This document shows positions 1-9,863 of a stretch of DNA of 64,000 nucleotides, piece by piece. Made by a program: the position numbers and the translations under genes. Positions within the stretch are counted from its first letter, which is position 1. Every line of letters starts with the position of its first letter. Where the stretch lies: contig CAVWKW010000003.1 in NCBI GenBank assembly GCA_963755705.1, positions 769,930-833,929 on the forward strand. The letters are read 5' to 3'. The notes under the pieces are model-generated. The model ran no database searches, was not told the origin of the DNA, and saw only the letters and a list, made by a program, of their open reading frames with translations. Source of the stretch: an uncultured delta proteobacterium. GTDB taxonomy: Bacteria; Desulfobacterota; Binatia; Binatales; Binataceae.

Positions 1-469
1 CGGACGCGGCGCGAAACTCAACGGCAAAACGATCAAGGTGAGCGCGACGCCGGCCATCGGCTCTGCGCTGCTCGCCACCGGCTTTCCCTACGACCGCCGC
101 GAACGCCGCTGCTTCTATTTGGCGTTTTGGGAAGCCTTTATGATGTGTTCGCAAGGAGTCCGGCGCACGGGCGCGGCCGCGCTGGACCTGGCCAACGTCG
201 CCAGCGGACGCACCGACGGCTTCTGGGAGTTCGGCCTTAAGGCCTGGGATGTCGCGGCGGGCGCGCTACTTGTCGAGGAAGCCGGCGGCGCCGTTGCAAA
301 CATGGACGGCTCCGCGCTCGATATCAACGGCGCGAATATCGTGGCCTCGAACGGAAAGATTCACTCCGCGATGCTGCGTACGCTCGCTGAAACGCGCCCC
401 GAAGCCGATCGCCGACACGCCGCGATGTTGCAGGAGGACGCGTCGGCTGCAACCCCGCCCGTCCACTGA
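1..469 (+). CDS. Inositol monophosphatase family protein, C-terminal fragment; the gene starts upstream of the window
   Basis: The translation carries the IMPase-family C-terminal motif WDVAAGALLVEEAGG and ends at the 469 stop. There is no start inside the window in this frame other than an internal Met at 38. Confidence 0.7.
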   Translation, partial: GRGAKLNGKTIKVSATPAIGSALLATGFPYDRRERRCFYLAFWEAFMMCSQGVRRTGAAALDLANVASGRTDGFWEFGLKAWDVAAGALLVEEAGGAVANMDGSALDINGANIVASNGKIHSAMLRTLAETRPEADRRHAAMLQEDASAATPPVH

Positions 470-494
470 GCGACAGGATGACTACTCGAGCGCG

Positions 495-2342
495 TTAGCG
501 TTCGGTCCATGGACAAATCAGCAGCGCGCCGCCGCGGATTAGGATCGTCGTCATCGCAGGCGCCCACCTGGCCGGTATTCCGAGCGCGCTTGCGATCAGG
601 TCGATGCTCCACGTGGTTGCCGCCGCCGGCATGAAGAACCTTCTCAGCGATAGAAATCCTTCGCTTGGCGAGTACATCACCATCCGATGCACCTGATCGG
701 CCGGGATATGCGCGCGCTCGCGCGCGACCTCGATCGCTCGCGCAAGCCCGCCAAGTTCATCGACTAATCCGCGCTCTCTGGCGGCAACGCCGCTCCACAC
801 GCGCCCCTTGGCGAGAGCCTCCGCCTGCTCGGCGTTGAGGCGGCGGCCTTCGGCCACTTTTCCGGTGAAGTTGCCGTACACTTCTCCGATCGCCGCGTTG
901 ATCTGCCCTAACTCGTCGTCGCTCATTGGCCGCGAAAACGACATCGCATCGCTGCGCGCGTCGCTCTTGGCGTAGTCGAACCTGACCCCGAGCCGCGCGA
1001 GCATCGCCGAAAGATCGAACTTCGCGAACACCACTCCGATCGAGCCGGTAATCGCCGCCGGTTCAGCCACGATCGCGTCCGCACCCATCGCGACGTAGTA
1101 GCCGCCAGATCCCGCAACGTCGCCCATCGAGACGATGACGGGCTTGCCGCGCCCCTGCGCCTCGCGTACCGCGCGCCACACCATGTCGGAGCCGACCGCT
1201 GATCCGCCGGGAGAATTGACCCGGAACACGATCGCGCGAACCGATTCCTCGCGCGAGGCGCGCTCGAACAGCTCAGACGTCGTTTCGCCCGAGATATATT
1301 CGCCGCCGGGACGCGGAGTCCCGGAAATCACGGGGCCCGCGCCGACGATAAGCGCGATCTGCGGACGATCGCCGCGCTCGTGCACGTAAGCGGCGTGACG
1401 CAAATAACGTGAGAATTTTACGAAGCATTTGTGTTTCCCGTCGGGATCGAAACGCGCGCGCAGATCCTCGATATACCCGTCGCCATCGATCAGTCCGGCC
1501 GCGCGCGCCGCTTTCATCCCGATAAATCCGGCGCTCACCAGCTCGCGCGCCCGATCAATCGGCAATTTACGCGCGTCCGAGATCGCGCTGGCCAGGATTT
1601 GCATCCAGTCACCGATAATCGCGTCCAGGCTCTCGCGCACCTCCGGCGACATCGCGTCGCGCGTGAACATCTCGCCGGCGCCCTTGTATTCTTTCCACTG
1701 CAGGGTCTGCGCGCGTACTCCCGCTTTCTCGAGCGCGCCCTTAACGAAAGGATTCCCCATCGCCACGCCCAGCATCGTGAGCATCACGTCCGGATTCGCG
1801 ACGATCTCGTCCGCACCCGCGGCGATCAGATAATCGCGGACCGAGGGCGAGTCTCCGGTCAGAAGTGCGATAACCCGCTTGCCGCTTTTGCTGACCGCGC
1901 GAATCAGCCGATGAAGTTCGTGGGCTGTCGCCAGACCGGTTTCGGTTCCTGTTATATGAACTATCACCGCGCGCACCGAGGTGTCGGCGGCGAGCGCTTC
2001 GAGTCCGTAGCGCAGATGGCGGAGGCTTAGGGCGCCGCCGCCCATCAGTTGCTGAAGCGGAGATCGGCGGGAGTCTTCACGAATCGCACCACCGAGCTCG
2101 AGCGTCACAACCGCGTCGCGCGGAAGCCTGGCCGGCCGCACGACGACCAGCCAGAACGCCGCGACCACGGCAGCAGCCGCGACAATCACCGCAACGCCGA
2201 GTTTCCAATGGCCGGCGGCGCACGCGAAGCCGCCGAGCACGCAGAGAATCGCAACCACCACCGCGATCCGGAATTCGCGGCTTATCCACAAGTCTTTCAG
2301 GAAAGATTTATTCATTGGTGCTATACGGTCGCCTTTTGGCAT
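495..2342 (-). CDS. sppA: Signal peptide peptidase SppA (protease IV, S49 family, 67K duplicated type)
   Basis: 615-aa ORF with an N-terminal TM anchor and two S49 ClpP-like repeats (GDVAGSGGYY and related motifs). An alternative start sits at 2315 (MNKS). Confidence 0.8.
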   Translation of the reverse strand: MPKGDRIAPMNKSFLKDLWISREFRIAVVVAILCVLGGFACAAGHWKLGVAVIVAAAAVVAAFWLVVVRPARLPRDAVVTLELGGAIREDSRRSPLQQLMGGGALSLRHLRYGLEALAADTSVRAVIVHITGTETGLATAHELHRLIRAVSKSGKRVIALLTGDSPSVRDYLIAAGADEIVANPDVMLTMLGVAMGNPFVKGALEKAGVRAQTLQWKEYKGAGEMFTRDAMSPEVRESLDAIIGDWMQILASAISDARKLPIDRARELVSAGFIGMKAARAAGLIDGDGYIEDLRARFDPDGKHKCFVKFSRYLRHAAYVHERGDRPQIALIVGAGPVISGTPRPGGEYISGETTSELFERASREESVRAIVFRVNSPGGSAVGSDMVWRAVREAQGRGKPVIVSMGDVAGSGGYYVAMGADAIVAEPAAITGSIGVVFAKFDLSAMLARLGVRFDYAKSDARSDAMSFSRPMSDDELGQINAAIGEVYGNFTGKVAEGRRLNAEQAEALAKGRVWSGVAARERGLVDELGGLARAIEVARERAHIPADQVHRMVMYSPSEGFLSLRRFFMPAAATTWSIDLIASALGIPARWAPAMTTILIRGGALLICPWTER

Positions 2343-2368
2343 CGCGCAATCTAGACTACCGTTTTTCC

Positions 2369-3748
2369 ATGAACAGGTCTTTCCTAATCCTCCTGCTCTG
2401 CGCCGCGCTTGTGTCCGCGAGCGGATGCTCGCTCTTCAAAAAGAGCACGACCCAAAAGCAGATCGTGCCTCAGATCGATGCGACGGCGACCCTCGACATC
2501 ACCGCCGGTATCGAGGTCGTGTCAAAGGTCGATTTGCCGCACGGATTCGCGCCGATCGCGGGATATCCGCCGCTATGGCTTGAGAATGGCACCGAGATTG
2601 GCATCGTCGGCACCTTAAACGGCAACGTCATGATTCTCGGGTTCAGCGGATCTGACTGGAAGACCTCGCGCGTGCTGGGCGCGGAGACTGGCGACGGTTC
2701 TGCGGAAACCGGCCGGCTGATGGACTTCGCGCCGAGCCCTAATGGAATGTCGGTGGCCTTCGCGGTCGCGGTGGCCGGACAAAATCGCCTCGACATCGTG
2801 ATTCGCGATCTGATCGCGACCGGACCCGGTCATCCGGTCGCCAGCTTCGACGGAGTTTACGATCTCGCGAGCCTGAGCTGGCTTAATAGCGGCTCGATCG
2901 CGATCGTGCTGCGGCCCAGCGCCAATCAGCCCGTTCCCCCGCCGCCTAATCCCGACGACAGCGGATTGCCGCCGGTACCGCCGTCCAAGGCCTCGGAGGG
3001 GCTTCAGATCCTGGTCGTGACAGGACCAGCTTCGGTCGCACCGATGAAGCTCCCCTGCGCGCTCGGAGCACTTAGCTGGAGTCCGCTGGGAGTCTATGCA
3101 GTCAGCGCAGGAGGAGGCGGCGTCGCTCCTGCATTAATCGATCGGCGCCACTCGACCTGCACGCGCCTGCGTGCGAACGCGCCGGTGCATGTGCTCGGAT
3201 GGAATCCGGTCAACGAAAGCTCATTCCTGTTCGTACAGCCGATTCCGGCGAGCAACAGCGCGGGAGTGTTCGAACACTTCATCGCAACCGGACAGGATAA
3301 AATCATCGCGGTCTCGAGCGGCGCGGCTGGATACACTTCGAGCGGCGCGGTTCTAGCCTTGGGCAATCAGAAGCTGACTTTCCAGATGGTCGAGACTCAT
3401 CCGTTCGAACCGGTGCAGGCAGAGTTGGCGACTTTTGATCCCCACGAGCCGGAAATAAACATCAGACAGCTCGGATTCAGTACCGTGCCGCCGATGCTCG
3501 CCGCGAGCACGATGGATTATTCGACCCCGGTCGATCAAGCGGCGATCCAGACTTTCCAGCCGGGCAGTCCTCTCGCGTTGCGCAAAATTATCACCTACAC
3601 GACCCACGCTCAGAACGCGTTTCAAATCGCATATGGCCAAGCGCGCGGCGTCGCCGAGCTCAGTTGGTCGCCGAAAGGGAAATGGATCGCAATTGTTGAC
3701 GGCGACGCAACTCACGCCGCGCTGACGGTCCTCGTCCCGCCCGCGTAA
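2369..3748 (+). CDS. Lipoprotein with repeated LSWSP-type beta-propeller-like motifs (TolB-like), function unknown
   Basis: The start is the ATG at 2369 (MNRSFLILLLCAALVSASGC, a lipobox). The motifs SWSP, SWLN and SWSPKG recur. The gene is divergent from sppA. Confidence 0.5.
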   Translation: MNRSFLILLLCAALVSASGCSLFKKSTTQKQIVPQIDATATLDITAGIEVVSKVDLPHGFAPIAGYPPLWLENGTEIGIVGTLNGNVMILGFSGSDWKTSRVLGAETGDGSAETGRLMDFAPSPNGMSVAFAVAVAGQNRLDIVIRDLIATGPGHPVASFDGVYDLASLSWLNSGSIAIVLRPSANQPVPPPPNPDDSGLPPVPPSKASEGLQILVVTGPASVAPMKLPCALGALSWSPLGVYAVSAGGGGVAPALIDRRHSTCTRLRANAPVHVLGWNPVNESSFLFVQPIPASNSAGVFEHFIATGQDKIIAVSSGAAGYTSSGAVLALGNQKLTFQMVETHPFEPVQAELATFDPHEPEINIRQLGFSTVPPMLAASTMDYSTPVDQAAIQTFQPGSPLALRKIITYTTHAQNAFQIAYGQARGVAELSWSPKGKWIAIVDGDATHAALTVLVPPA

Positions 3749-3758
3749 CGGCCTCGCG

Positions 3759-4280
3759 TTACGCGGACGCCGCTGCGAGCCGCGACTGCTCGTAGCGCCC
3801 GATTCCCCAATTCGCCGCCATCCTCATCTTCGGATCGGTCTCGTCGCGCAGAACGCGGCGTAGCACGCGCGCGATTCGCTTGTTCGGCGTCTGCGTGGCG
3901 AGCGTCCAGACGGCGGTGCGCCGAACCTTGATACTCTTGTCTTCACGGATTCGCTCCGCGACGTACGGCAGCACGTCGATCGGGTTTTCGCCGCCTTTGC
4001 ACCGATCGCATCCGAGCGAGTGCACAGCAGCCTTGCGCACTTTCAGCTTTGGATCGTGGAGGGTGAGTATCAGCCGTTCCAGCGCGGACTCGTCCCAATG
4101 TTCGTCCAGAAATGCCGCGCAGAACTGCCGCACTTTCGGGTTCGGATGCGACAATCCCTCGCGCGCGGCAGGAACTGCGGCCTGACCGGCAGATCTTAGC
4201 GCCCGCCATGCGTTGGACAGGGATTCTCGATGGCCCAAGCTTTCGATCAGATTACCGAACTCGAGATTTTCCGCTTCCAT
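3759..4280 (-). CDS. HEAT-repeat (PBS-lyase type) domain protein
   Basis: 173 aa with repeated 'xPxVRxxAxxxLG' HEAT-like units (PNPKVRQFCAAFL, DPKLKVRKAAVHSLG, DKSIKVRRTAVWTLA). Confidence 0.5.
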   Translation of the reverse strand: MEAENLEFGNLIESLGHRESLSNAWRALRSAGQAAVPAAREGLSHPNPKVRQFCAAFLDEHWDESALERLILTLHDPKLKVRKAAVHSLGCDRCKGGENPIDVLPYVAERIREDKSIKVRRTAVWTLATQTPNKRIARVLRRVLRDETDPKMRMAANWGIGRYEQSRLAAASA

Positions 4281-4586
4281 ATTTGGACCTCGTACAGCAA
4301 ACGCTCCGCCTGCCCAAAGCGTTCGATTTGGACAGCCACGGAGCGTCTCCGTCTCGCTGGCGTGCTTGGCGGCTACTCTCGAAGCAGGCCTCAGCTATCT
4401 GAAACTGCCGCCGCGCCGGACGTCGGGGTAAATTCTTGCGAGCCCACCCTTTCCCTCGCGGCGCGGTCAGCATCAGCCGCCGGGTCGGACGTCATGCACC
4501 GCTTTTACGCGGCCGCTTCCCTCGCAATCACGGTCGGCTGAGCCGATCTTAACCGCGCGCTATCGGGAGTCAAGACGAAGCGGCGC

Positions 4587-6749
4587 TCACCGATGTGCTT
4601 GCCAGTACGCGGAGGCGGTGGCGAAGGCGGCGGCGGCGCGCTCGAAGCTGTCGAAGACTACCAGGCCCCGCTGGCGCGCGAGTTCCTTGCCGCGCGCGAC
4701 GAGCGCCTCGAGGTGCGCGGGATGCAGTATCACCGCGAACGGCTTGCTCGACTTCGTCGCGAACTCGCTGAGCTTGTCGAGCAGCGTCGTGATTTCGTCT
4801 TCATGCGTTGCCCACCTCGCCGCGCGGAACCCAGTTCCGACCTCGAGCACTATCGAATCGATCGCCGGATCGCGATCGAGGATCGCGAGGATTCGATCGA
4901 GTCCACCCGGATGCACTCCCGAGCCGATAGTTCCGCCCGCGTCGAGCGGATTACGGTAGCTGCCGCCGATCACATTGAAGAATGTCTTCAGCTCGTCGTA
5001 CGACGCGTCCGACAGCGCGGGAATTTCGAGCCCCGCGGCGGCGAACGTGTCGGTCACCACTACCGATTGACCGCCCGTCATCGCGACGAGGCCCATCGCA
5101 CGGCCCGTGACCTTGCGCCCGCGCGAGAGCAGCTCGACCGCGTCGAGCATCGCGTCGAGCGAACCCACTTCAACCGCGCCCGCCTGCCGAACCAGCGCGC
5201 TCCACAGCGCTCGGGGAGTCGCGAGCGACCCGGTATGCGAAAACGTCGCGCGCGCACCCGCCTCAGTCGCGCCGCCCTTCCATACCACGACTGGATGACG
5301 CGCAGCCGCCGCGCGCAGGCTTTCGAAGAAACGGCGTCCGTCACGCACACCTTCGATATACATTCCAATAACCTTGGTGGCCGGATCAGTGGCCATCAGG
5401 TCGATATAGTCGGCGGCCTCGAGGATCAGCACGTTGCCGATCGACGCCGCCAGGTTGACGCGGACGCCGTGCGCCGCCGCCTGCACGCAGAAATTTATCG
5501 TGTGAGTTCCGCTCTGCGAAATGAAGCTGACGTCGCCCGGATCGCCCACTTTGCCGTCAGGATAGTTACGCATCCCGATCGACGGATTAGCCAGCCCCAT
5601 GCAGTTCGGGCCGACCAGCGCGATTTCCGAGCCGAGCGCGACTTCGCGCAACTCCGCTTCGAGCCGGATACCAAGTTCCTCGCTGGTTTCGGAAAATCCC
5701 GAGGTGAAAAATCCGATCGAACCCACCTTGTTCGCGACGCAATCGCGCAGGATTCGCGGCGCCACCTGGCGCGGCACGGCGCTTACCGCATAATCGATCG
5801 GCTCCCCGATTTCGGCCAGGCTCTTGTGATTCTCGACCCCCATCGCTTCAATTCCCGCGATTTCATTCGGGTCAATCTGAACCGAGTAGAGCTTCGTTTT
5901 CAGATTCGCCAGCGCGCGCAGCCACATGTAGCCGCCGGCCTTCTTGTCGCCGATTACGACGACCGAGCGCGGATTGAACGCGCGCTTCAAATTCTCGAGC
6001 CGCGCCACGCGATGCGGATCGGCGATCGCCGCGACAGGCTTGGCGCCGAGCAGCACTCGCGCGTCGAGCACCGTCACGCCGTGCTGGTAAGCGACGACAG
6101 GATTCAGGTCCATTTCGCGAACTTCAGGATGGGCCGCCGCGAACTCCGAAAGCGCAACCAGCATCGTCACGACCGCGTCGATATCGGCCGCGGGCGCCCC
6201 GCGAACTCCCTTGAGCAATGCCGCGCCGCGCAGCTCGGAGAGCATCGCACGCGCCTCGCGCTCGGTCACGGGAGCAAGCCTGATGGCGGTGTCGTTCAGC
6301 ACCTCGACCAGAATCCCGCCGAGCCCGACCATGATCGTCGCGCCGTAGCGGTCGTCGCGGACGATTCCCGCCAGCAGCTCGACCCTGCCCGCCGCCGCCA
6401 TCGGCTGCACCGCCACGCCTTCGAACTTCGCGCCGGGCATCTTTGCGGCCAGGCTCTTTTGGATCCGCGCAAATGCCGCCCGCACTGCCTGCGCGGAATC
6501 CAGGCCCAGCTCGACGCCGCCAACCTCGCTCTTGTGGCTCACGTCCGGCGAGAGCACCTTGAGCACGGCCGGAAATCCCTGGCGCGCGGCGATCGCGGCG
6601 GCTTCGTCAGCGGTCGTTGCTGAAACCGGAACCGCGACGTTGATTCCCAGCGCGCCGACTATACGCTTGGCTTCGATTTCTGAAAGTGCGGTACGTCCCG
6701 CGCGCGAGGCGTCCGCAATTATCTGCGATACGGTAGAGTCACTCACAAC
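4587..6749 (-). CDS. Acetate--CoA ligase family protein (NDP-forming acyl-CoA synthetase; ATP-grasp domain N-terminal, CoA-binding/ligase domains C-terminal)
   Basis: An ATP-grasp segment (EIEAKRIVGALGINVAVP...VLKVLSPDVSHKSEVGGVELGL) is followed by a CoA-binding segment (NPRSVVVIGDKK...GFFTSGFSETSEELG). The Met at 6836 would overlap the divergent ATG of the next gene, so I place the start at a GTG near 6749. The start is uncertain. Confidence 0.65.
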   Translation of the reverse strand, partial: VVSDSTVSQIIADASRAGRTALSEIEAKRIVGALGINVAVPVSATTADEAAAIAARQGFPAVLKVLSPDVSHKSEVGGVELGLDSAQAVRAAFARIQKSLAAKMPGAKFEGVAVQPMAAAGRVELLAGIVRDDRYGATIMVGLGGILVEVLNDTAIRLAPVTEREARAMLSELRGAALLKGVRGAPAADIDAVVTMLVALSEFAAAHPEVREMDLNPVVAYQHGVTVLDARVLLGAKPVAAIADPHRVARLENLKRAFNPRSVVVIGDKKAGGYMWLRALANLKTKLYSVQIDPNEIAGIEAMGVENHKSLAEIGEPIDYAVSAVPRQVAPRILRDCVANKVGSIGFFTSGFSETSEELGIRLEAELREVALGSEIALVGPNCMGLANPSIGMRNYPDGKVGDPGDVSFISQSGTHTINFCVQAAAHGVRVNLAASIGNVLILEAADYIDLMATDPATKVIGMYIEGVRDGRRFFESLRAAAARHPVVVWKGGATEAGARATFSHTGSLATPRALWSALVRQAGAVEVGSLDAMLDAVELLSRGRKVTGRAMGLVAMTGGQSVVVTDTFAAAGLEIPALSDASYDELKTFFNVIGGSYRNPLDAGGTIGSGVHPGGLDRILAILDRDPAIDSIVLEVGTGFRAARWATHEDEITTLLDKLSEFATKSSKPFAVILHPAHLEALVARGKELARQRGLVVFDSFERAAAAFATASAYWQAHR

Positions 6750-6834
6750 CGTCGCGTATAGCAAAGCTTCGCGCTCTTTTGAACCGTGCGCAGGTTTAGA
6801 GACGTTCAACGAAAATCGAAGCCATACGGAAATC

Positions 6835-7875
6835 ATGATGAAACAACGCCGCCCGAAGGTTTTCGTCACCAGAGAGATTGCCGCGGATGCAATTGCGCAG
6901 TTGCGCCGCGCCGCACAGGTCGAGGTCTGGCCACATCCGTGGCCGCCGCCGTACGCGGTTCTGCGCCGCCGGCTTGCCGGGGCCGACGGCGCACTCACGA
7001 TGGTGACGGACAGAATCGACGCCGCGCTGCTTGCCGCGTCACCTGGGCTGCGGGTCGTCAGTAACCTGGCGGTTGGGGTGGACAATATCGATCTAGAGGC
7101 CGCGACGCGCGCCGGCATCGCAGTTGGGCATACGCCCGGCGTTCTTACCGAGGCGACCGCGGACCTCGCGTTTGCCCTGATGCTCGCGGCGGCGCGGCGG
7201 GTCGCCTTTGGCGATCGGCAGGTTCGTGCGGGCAAGTGGAAGACGTGGGGACCACGCGTGCTGCTCGGCCCCGAGGTCTTTGGCGCGACGCTCGGAATTG
7301 TCGGGTGGGGTGCTATCGGGCGTGCGATGGCGCGGCGCGCGGCGGGCTTCCAGATGCGTATCCTCTATGTCACGCGATCATCCTCACGCTCGCGGAGCGA
7401 GAAAACTGGCGCGGGTGCGGTTCGCGTCACGATGAATCGGCTGCTCGCGGAGTCGGACTTTGTGTCGCTGCACGTTCCGCTGACGGCGGCGACGCGGCAT
7501 CTGATCGGCGCGGCGGAGTTTCGCCGGATGAAACGCGGCGCGATCCTGATCAACACCGCGCGCGGCGGGGTCATCGATCAGCATGCGCTCGCGAACGCGC
7601 TCAAATCAGGACATCTCGACGGCGCCGGCCTCGACGTGACCGATCCCGAGCCGCTCCGCCGCGGCGATCCCCTACGCCGACTGGACAACGTCGTAATCAC
7701 GCCGCATATCGGAAGCGCCAGCTACTCGGCGCGCCAACGGATGGCCGCGCTGGCGGTAGGCAATTTGCTCGCGGTGTTTGAAGGAAAGAGGCCGCCGATG
7801 TGCGCGAACCCCGCCGTCAGGCTGCGCCCGAATAAACGGCGCAAGCCGACTCGCCTGGGGAAACGAGAGTCCTAG
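6835..7875 (+). CDS. D-isomer-specific 2-hydroxyacid dehydrogenase (glyoxylate/hydroxypyruvate reductase type)
   Basis: Starts at the ATGATG at 6835 (MMKQRRPKVFVT). Carries the NAD-binding motif GIVGWGAIGRAMARR and the catalytic segment characteristic of GhrB/GyaR-type enzymes. Confidence 0.75.
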   Translation: MMKQRRPKVFVTREIAADAIAQLRRAAQVEVWPHPWPPPYAVLRRRLAGADGALTMVTDRIDAALLAASPGLRVVSNLAVGVDNIDLEAATRAGIAVGHTPGVLTEATADLAFALMLAAARRVAFGDRQVRAGKWKTWGPRVLLGPEVFGATLGIVGWGAIGRAMARRAAGFQMRILYVTRSSSRSRSEKTGAGAVRVTMNRLLAESDFVSLHVPLTAATRHLIGAAEFRRMKRGAILINTARGGVIDQHALANALKSGHLDGAGLDVTDPEPLRRGDPLRRLDNVVITPHIGSASYSARQRMAALAVGNLLAVFEGKRPPMCANPAVRLRPNKRRKPTRLGKRES

Positions 7876-8042
7876 AGCAACGCCAGGAAGTCACTGATCA
7901 GGCCATGCACCGTCGTTTCTACAGACGTGAGGCTTCCGAAAGCGAGGATCGAAATGACCGCCAAGATTAGGACATACTCGATCGCCGTCTGTCCGCGGGA
8001 TTGCTCCAACAATCGAATGTAAAGCGAAGTCATAGAGTTCAT
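7872..8042 (-). CDS. flp: Flp family type IVb prepilin (56 aa)
   Basis: This ORF is below the 60-aa cutoff of the ORF track. Its translation is MNSMTSLYIRLLEQSRGQTAIEYVLILAVISILAFGSLTSVETTVHGLISDFLALL, with the canonical Flp processing motif G/QTAIEY and a hydrophobic stem. GGAGGA lies 8 nt upstream of the ATG at 8042. The stop overlaps the convergent 2-hydroxyacid dehydrogenase stop. Confidence 0.7.
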   Translation of the reverse strand: MNSMTSLYIRLLEQSRGQTAIEYVLILAVISILAFGSLTSVETTVHGLISDFLALL

Positions 8043-8423
8043 CCTGCTTTTCCTCCGAAACCGTCATGGATCCTACTTCGTAAAAACCGCTCCCCACGCT
8101 GCGTGAATGAAATAAATCGAGCGCTTCGATCGGTTCAAGCCTCTAACTGACGGATTACTGACGTTACGCTTTGCTTGAATGCGTAATTATGATCTAGAGG
8201 GGCCAGAGTTATGTCAATAGTTTACATTTGCGCTTTGTACTTCTGGAGATTTTATGCATAGCTAATAAGACTCAAATCGTACTCGGATCACTCTTGCCTT
8301 CGACCGCGAGTCACGTTTCCGCAAACCGCTAACCATTTGAATATAAAGGGAATTTAGTGATCTCGCGTGATCAAACCCAAGCAGGGCGGTATAAGCGCGG
8401 GGCAATCGATCTGGGCAGAAATC

Positions 8424-9158
8424 CTAGCGGCTGATCGCGAGCGCCGCTGGAAGATCGAAGCGTCCTTCATAGAGCGCGCGGCCGACGATTGCTCCAACTA
8501 CGCCATCGGAGAAACGATCAGCCAGCGCACGCAGGTCGGACAACGCCGCGACTCCCCCCGATGCGATAATCGGGAGTCCCGCTTGACGAGCCAGCGCCGC
8601 CATCCTGGCCGCGTCAACTCCGGTTTCGGCGCCGTCGCGCACGATATCGGTGACGGTTAGCGCGCAGACGCCCGCATCCTTGAAGATCGCGCAGGCGCGC
8701 TCGAGGCTGAGTTCGCTGGTCTCGACCCATCCCCTGATCGCAAGCTTGCCGTTGCGAATATCGAGTGAACCGAAGATGCGTCCGGGGAATTCCGCGCACG
8801 CGGCGCGCACCAGGTCGGGTTTGAGAAAGGCGGCCGAGCCAATCGACACGCGTTCGGCGCCGGAGGAAATCGCAGCGCGCACCGACTCGATCGTGCGCAA
8901 CCCGCCGCTCACGTCGATCACGCATCGCACGGCGCCGCGGATACTTGCGATCGCGGGCAGGTTGCGCGGCGCTCCGGCGATTGCGCCGTCAAGGTCGACG
9001 ATATGAATCAGCAGGGCACCCTGCTCCTCAAACTTGCGCGCCACAGCCGCCGGATCGGCGCCGTACACGGTCGCGCGCGCCATGTCGCCGCGCAGCAGGC
9101 GCACAACCTCGCCGCCCTTTAGATCGATCGCGGGGATTACGGTGAATTTTTCGAACAT
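8424..9158 (-). CDS. hisA: 1-(5-phosphoribosyl)-5-[(5-phosphoribosylamino)methylideneamino]imidazole-4-carboxamide isomerase
   Basis: 244-aa TIM-barrel with the conserved HisA N-terminus (IPAIDLKGGEVVRL). Lies directly downstream of hisB. Confidence 0.85.
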   Translation of the reverse strand: MFEKFTVIPAIDLKGGEVVRLLRGDMARATVYGADPAAVARKFEEQGALLIHIVDLDGAIAGAPRNLPAIASIRGAVRCVIDVSGGLRTIESVRAAISSGAERVSIGSAAFLKPDLVRAACAEFPGRIFGSLDIRNGKLAIRGWVETSELSLERACAIFKDAGVCALTVTDIVRDGAETGVDAARMAALARQAGLPIIASGGVAALSDLRALADRFSDGVVGAIVGRALYEGRFDLPAALAISR

Positions 9159-9161
9159 CGC

Positions 9162-9863
9162 TCAGGAAGCGAGCGTGCCCTTGGTCGAGAGCGCACCAAC
9201 GACCCGCGGCTCGAGCGTGGTTGCGGAATCCATCGCGCGCGCCAGAGCCTTGAACGTCGCCTCGACAATATGATGCGGATTACGCCCGGAGTGCATCCGC
9301 AGATGCAGATTCATTCCGGTTTCGTCGCTCAGCGCCTTCATGAAATCGTGCACCAATTCGGTCTGGAAATTCCCGACCCGCTCTTGCGTGATCGTGATGT
9401 CGTAACCCAGGTAGGCGCGCCCGCTGATATCGACCACCGCGGTCACGAGCGCCTCGTCGAGCGGAACCGTCGCCTCGCCGAAGCGGCGGATTCCGGCGCG
9501 ATCGCCAAGCGCTTGGCGAAACGCGCGTCCGAGCACAATACCGACATCCTCGACCGTGTGATGCTCATCAATCTCGATATCGCCGTGCGCGCCAATCTTG
9601 AGGTCGAAGAAGCCGTGACGCGCAAAGCTCTGGAGCATATGGTCGAGGAACGGCACTCCCGTGGAAACTTCGCCGCGGCCCGAGCCGTCGAGCTTGAGCG
9701 CGAGCGCTATCTGCGTCTCGCGAGTCTTGCGCTCGATCTCGGCGGAGCGCCGCGGCGCATCGCTCGTGACGCTTACGACAGCGCGGCTGGTTCCATTGCC
9801 GGCAGGCGCGATCTTTGTTGAAAGCTTCGGCTTTCGTTTGCGATTCTTCGTTTCAGCCATCAT
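9162..9863 (-). CDS. hisB: Imidazoleglycerol-phosphate dehydratase
   Basis: Conserved IGPD motifs (RKTRETQI, GVPFLDHML, HHTVEDVGIVLG). The start is probably the MMAETK Met, about 10 codons inside the maximal ORF, which avoids overlap with hisD. Confidence 0.85.
   Translation of the reverse strand: MMAETKNRKRKPKLSTKIAPAGNGTSRAVVSVTSDAPRRSAEIERKTRETQIALALKLDGSGRGEVSTGVPFLDHMLQSFARHGFFDLKIGAHGDIEIDEHHTVEDVGIVLGRAFRQALGDRAGIRRFGEATVPLDEALVTAVVDISGRAYLGYDITITQERVGNFQTELVHDFMKALSDETGMNLHLRMHSGRNPHHIVEATFKALARAMDSATTLEPRVVGALSTKGTLAS

Noticed and set aside
4593-6623. 676-aa plus-strand ORF antisense to the acyl-CoA synthetase gene
   Set aside because: Extreme Arg/His/Asp composition with no recognisable motifs. 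The opposite strand has clear ATP-grasp and CoA-binding motifs.
8120-8160. tRNA-like T-loop sequence GGTTCAAGCC in the AT-rich intergenic region
   Set aside because: No complementary T-stem, acceptor stem or anticodon arm could be folded around it, and the surrounding sequence is too AT-rich for a tRNA.
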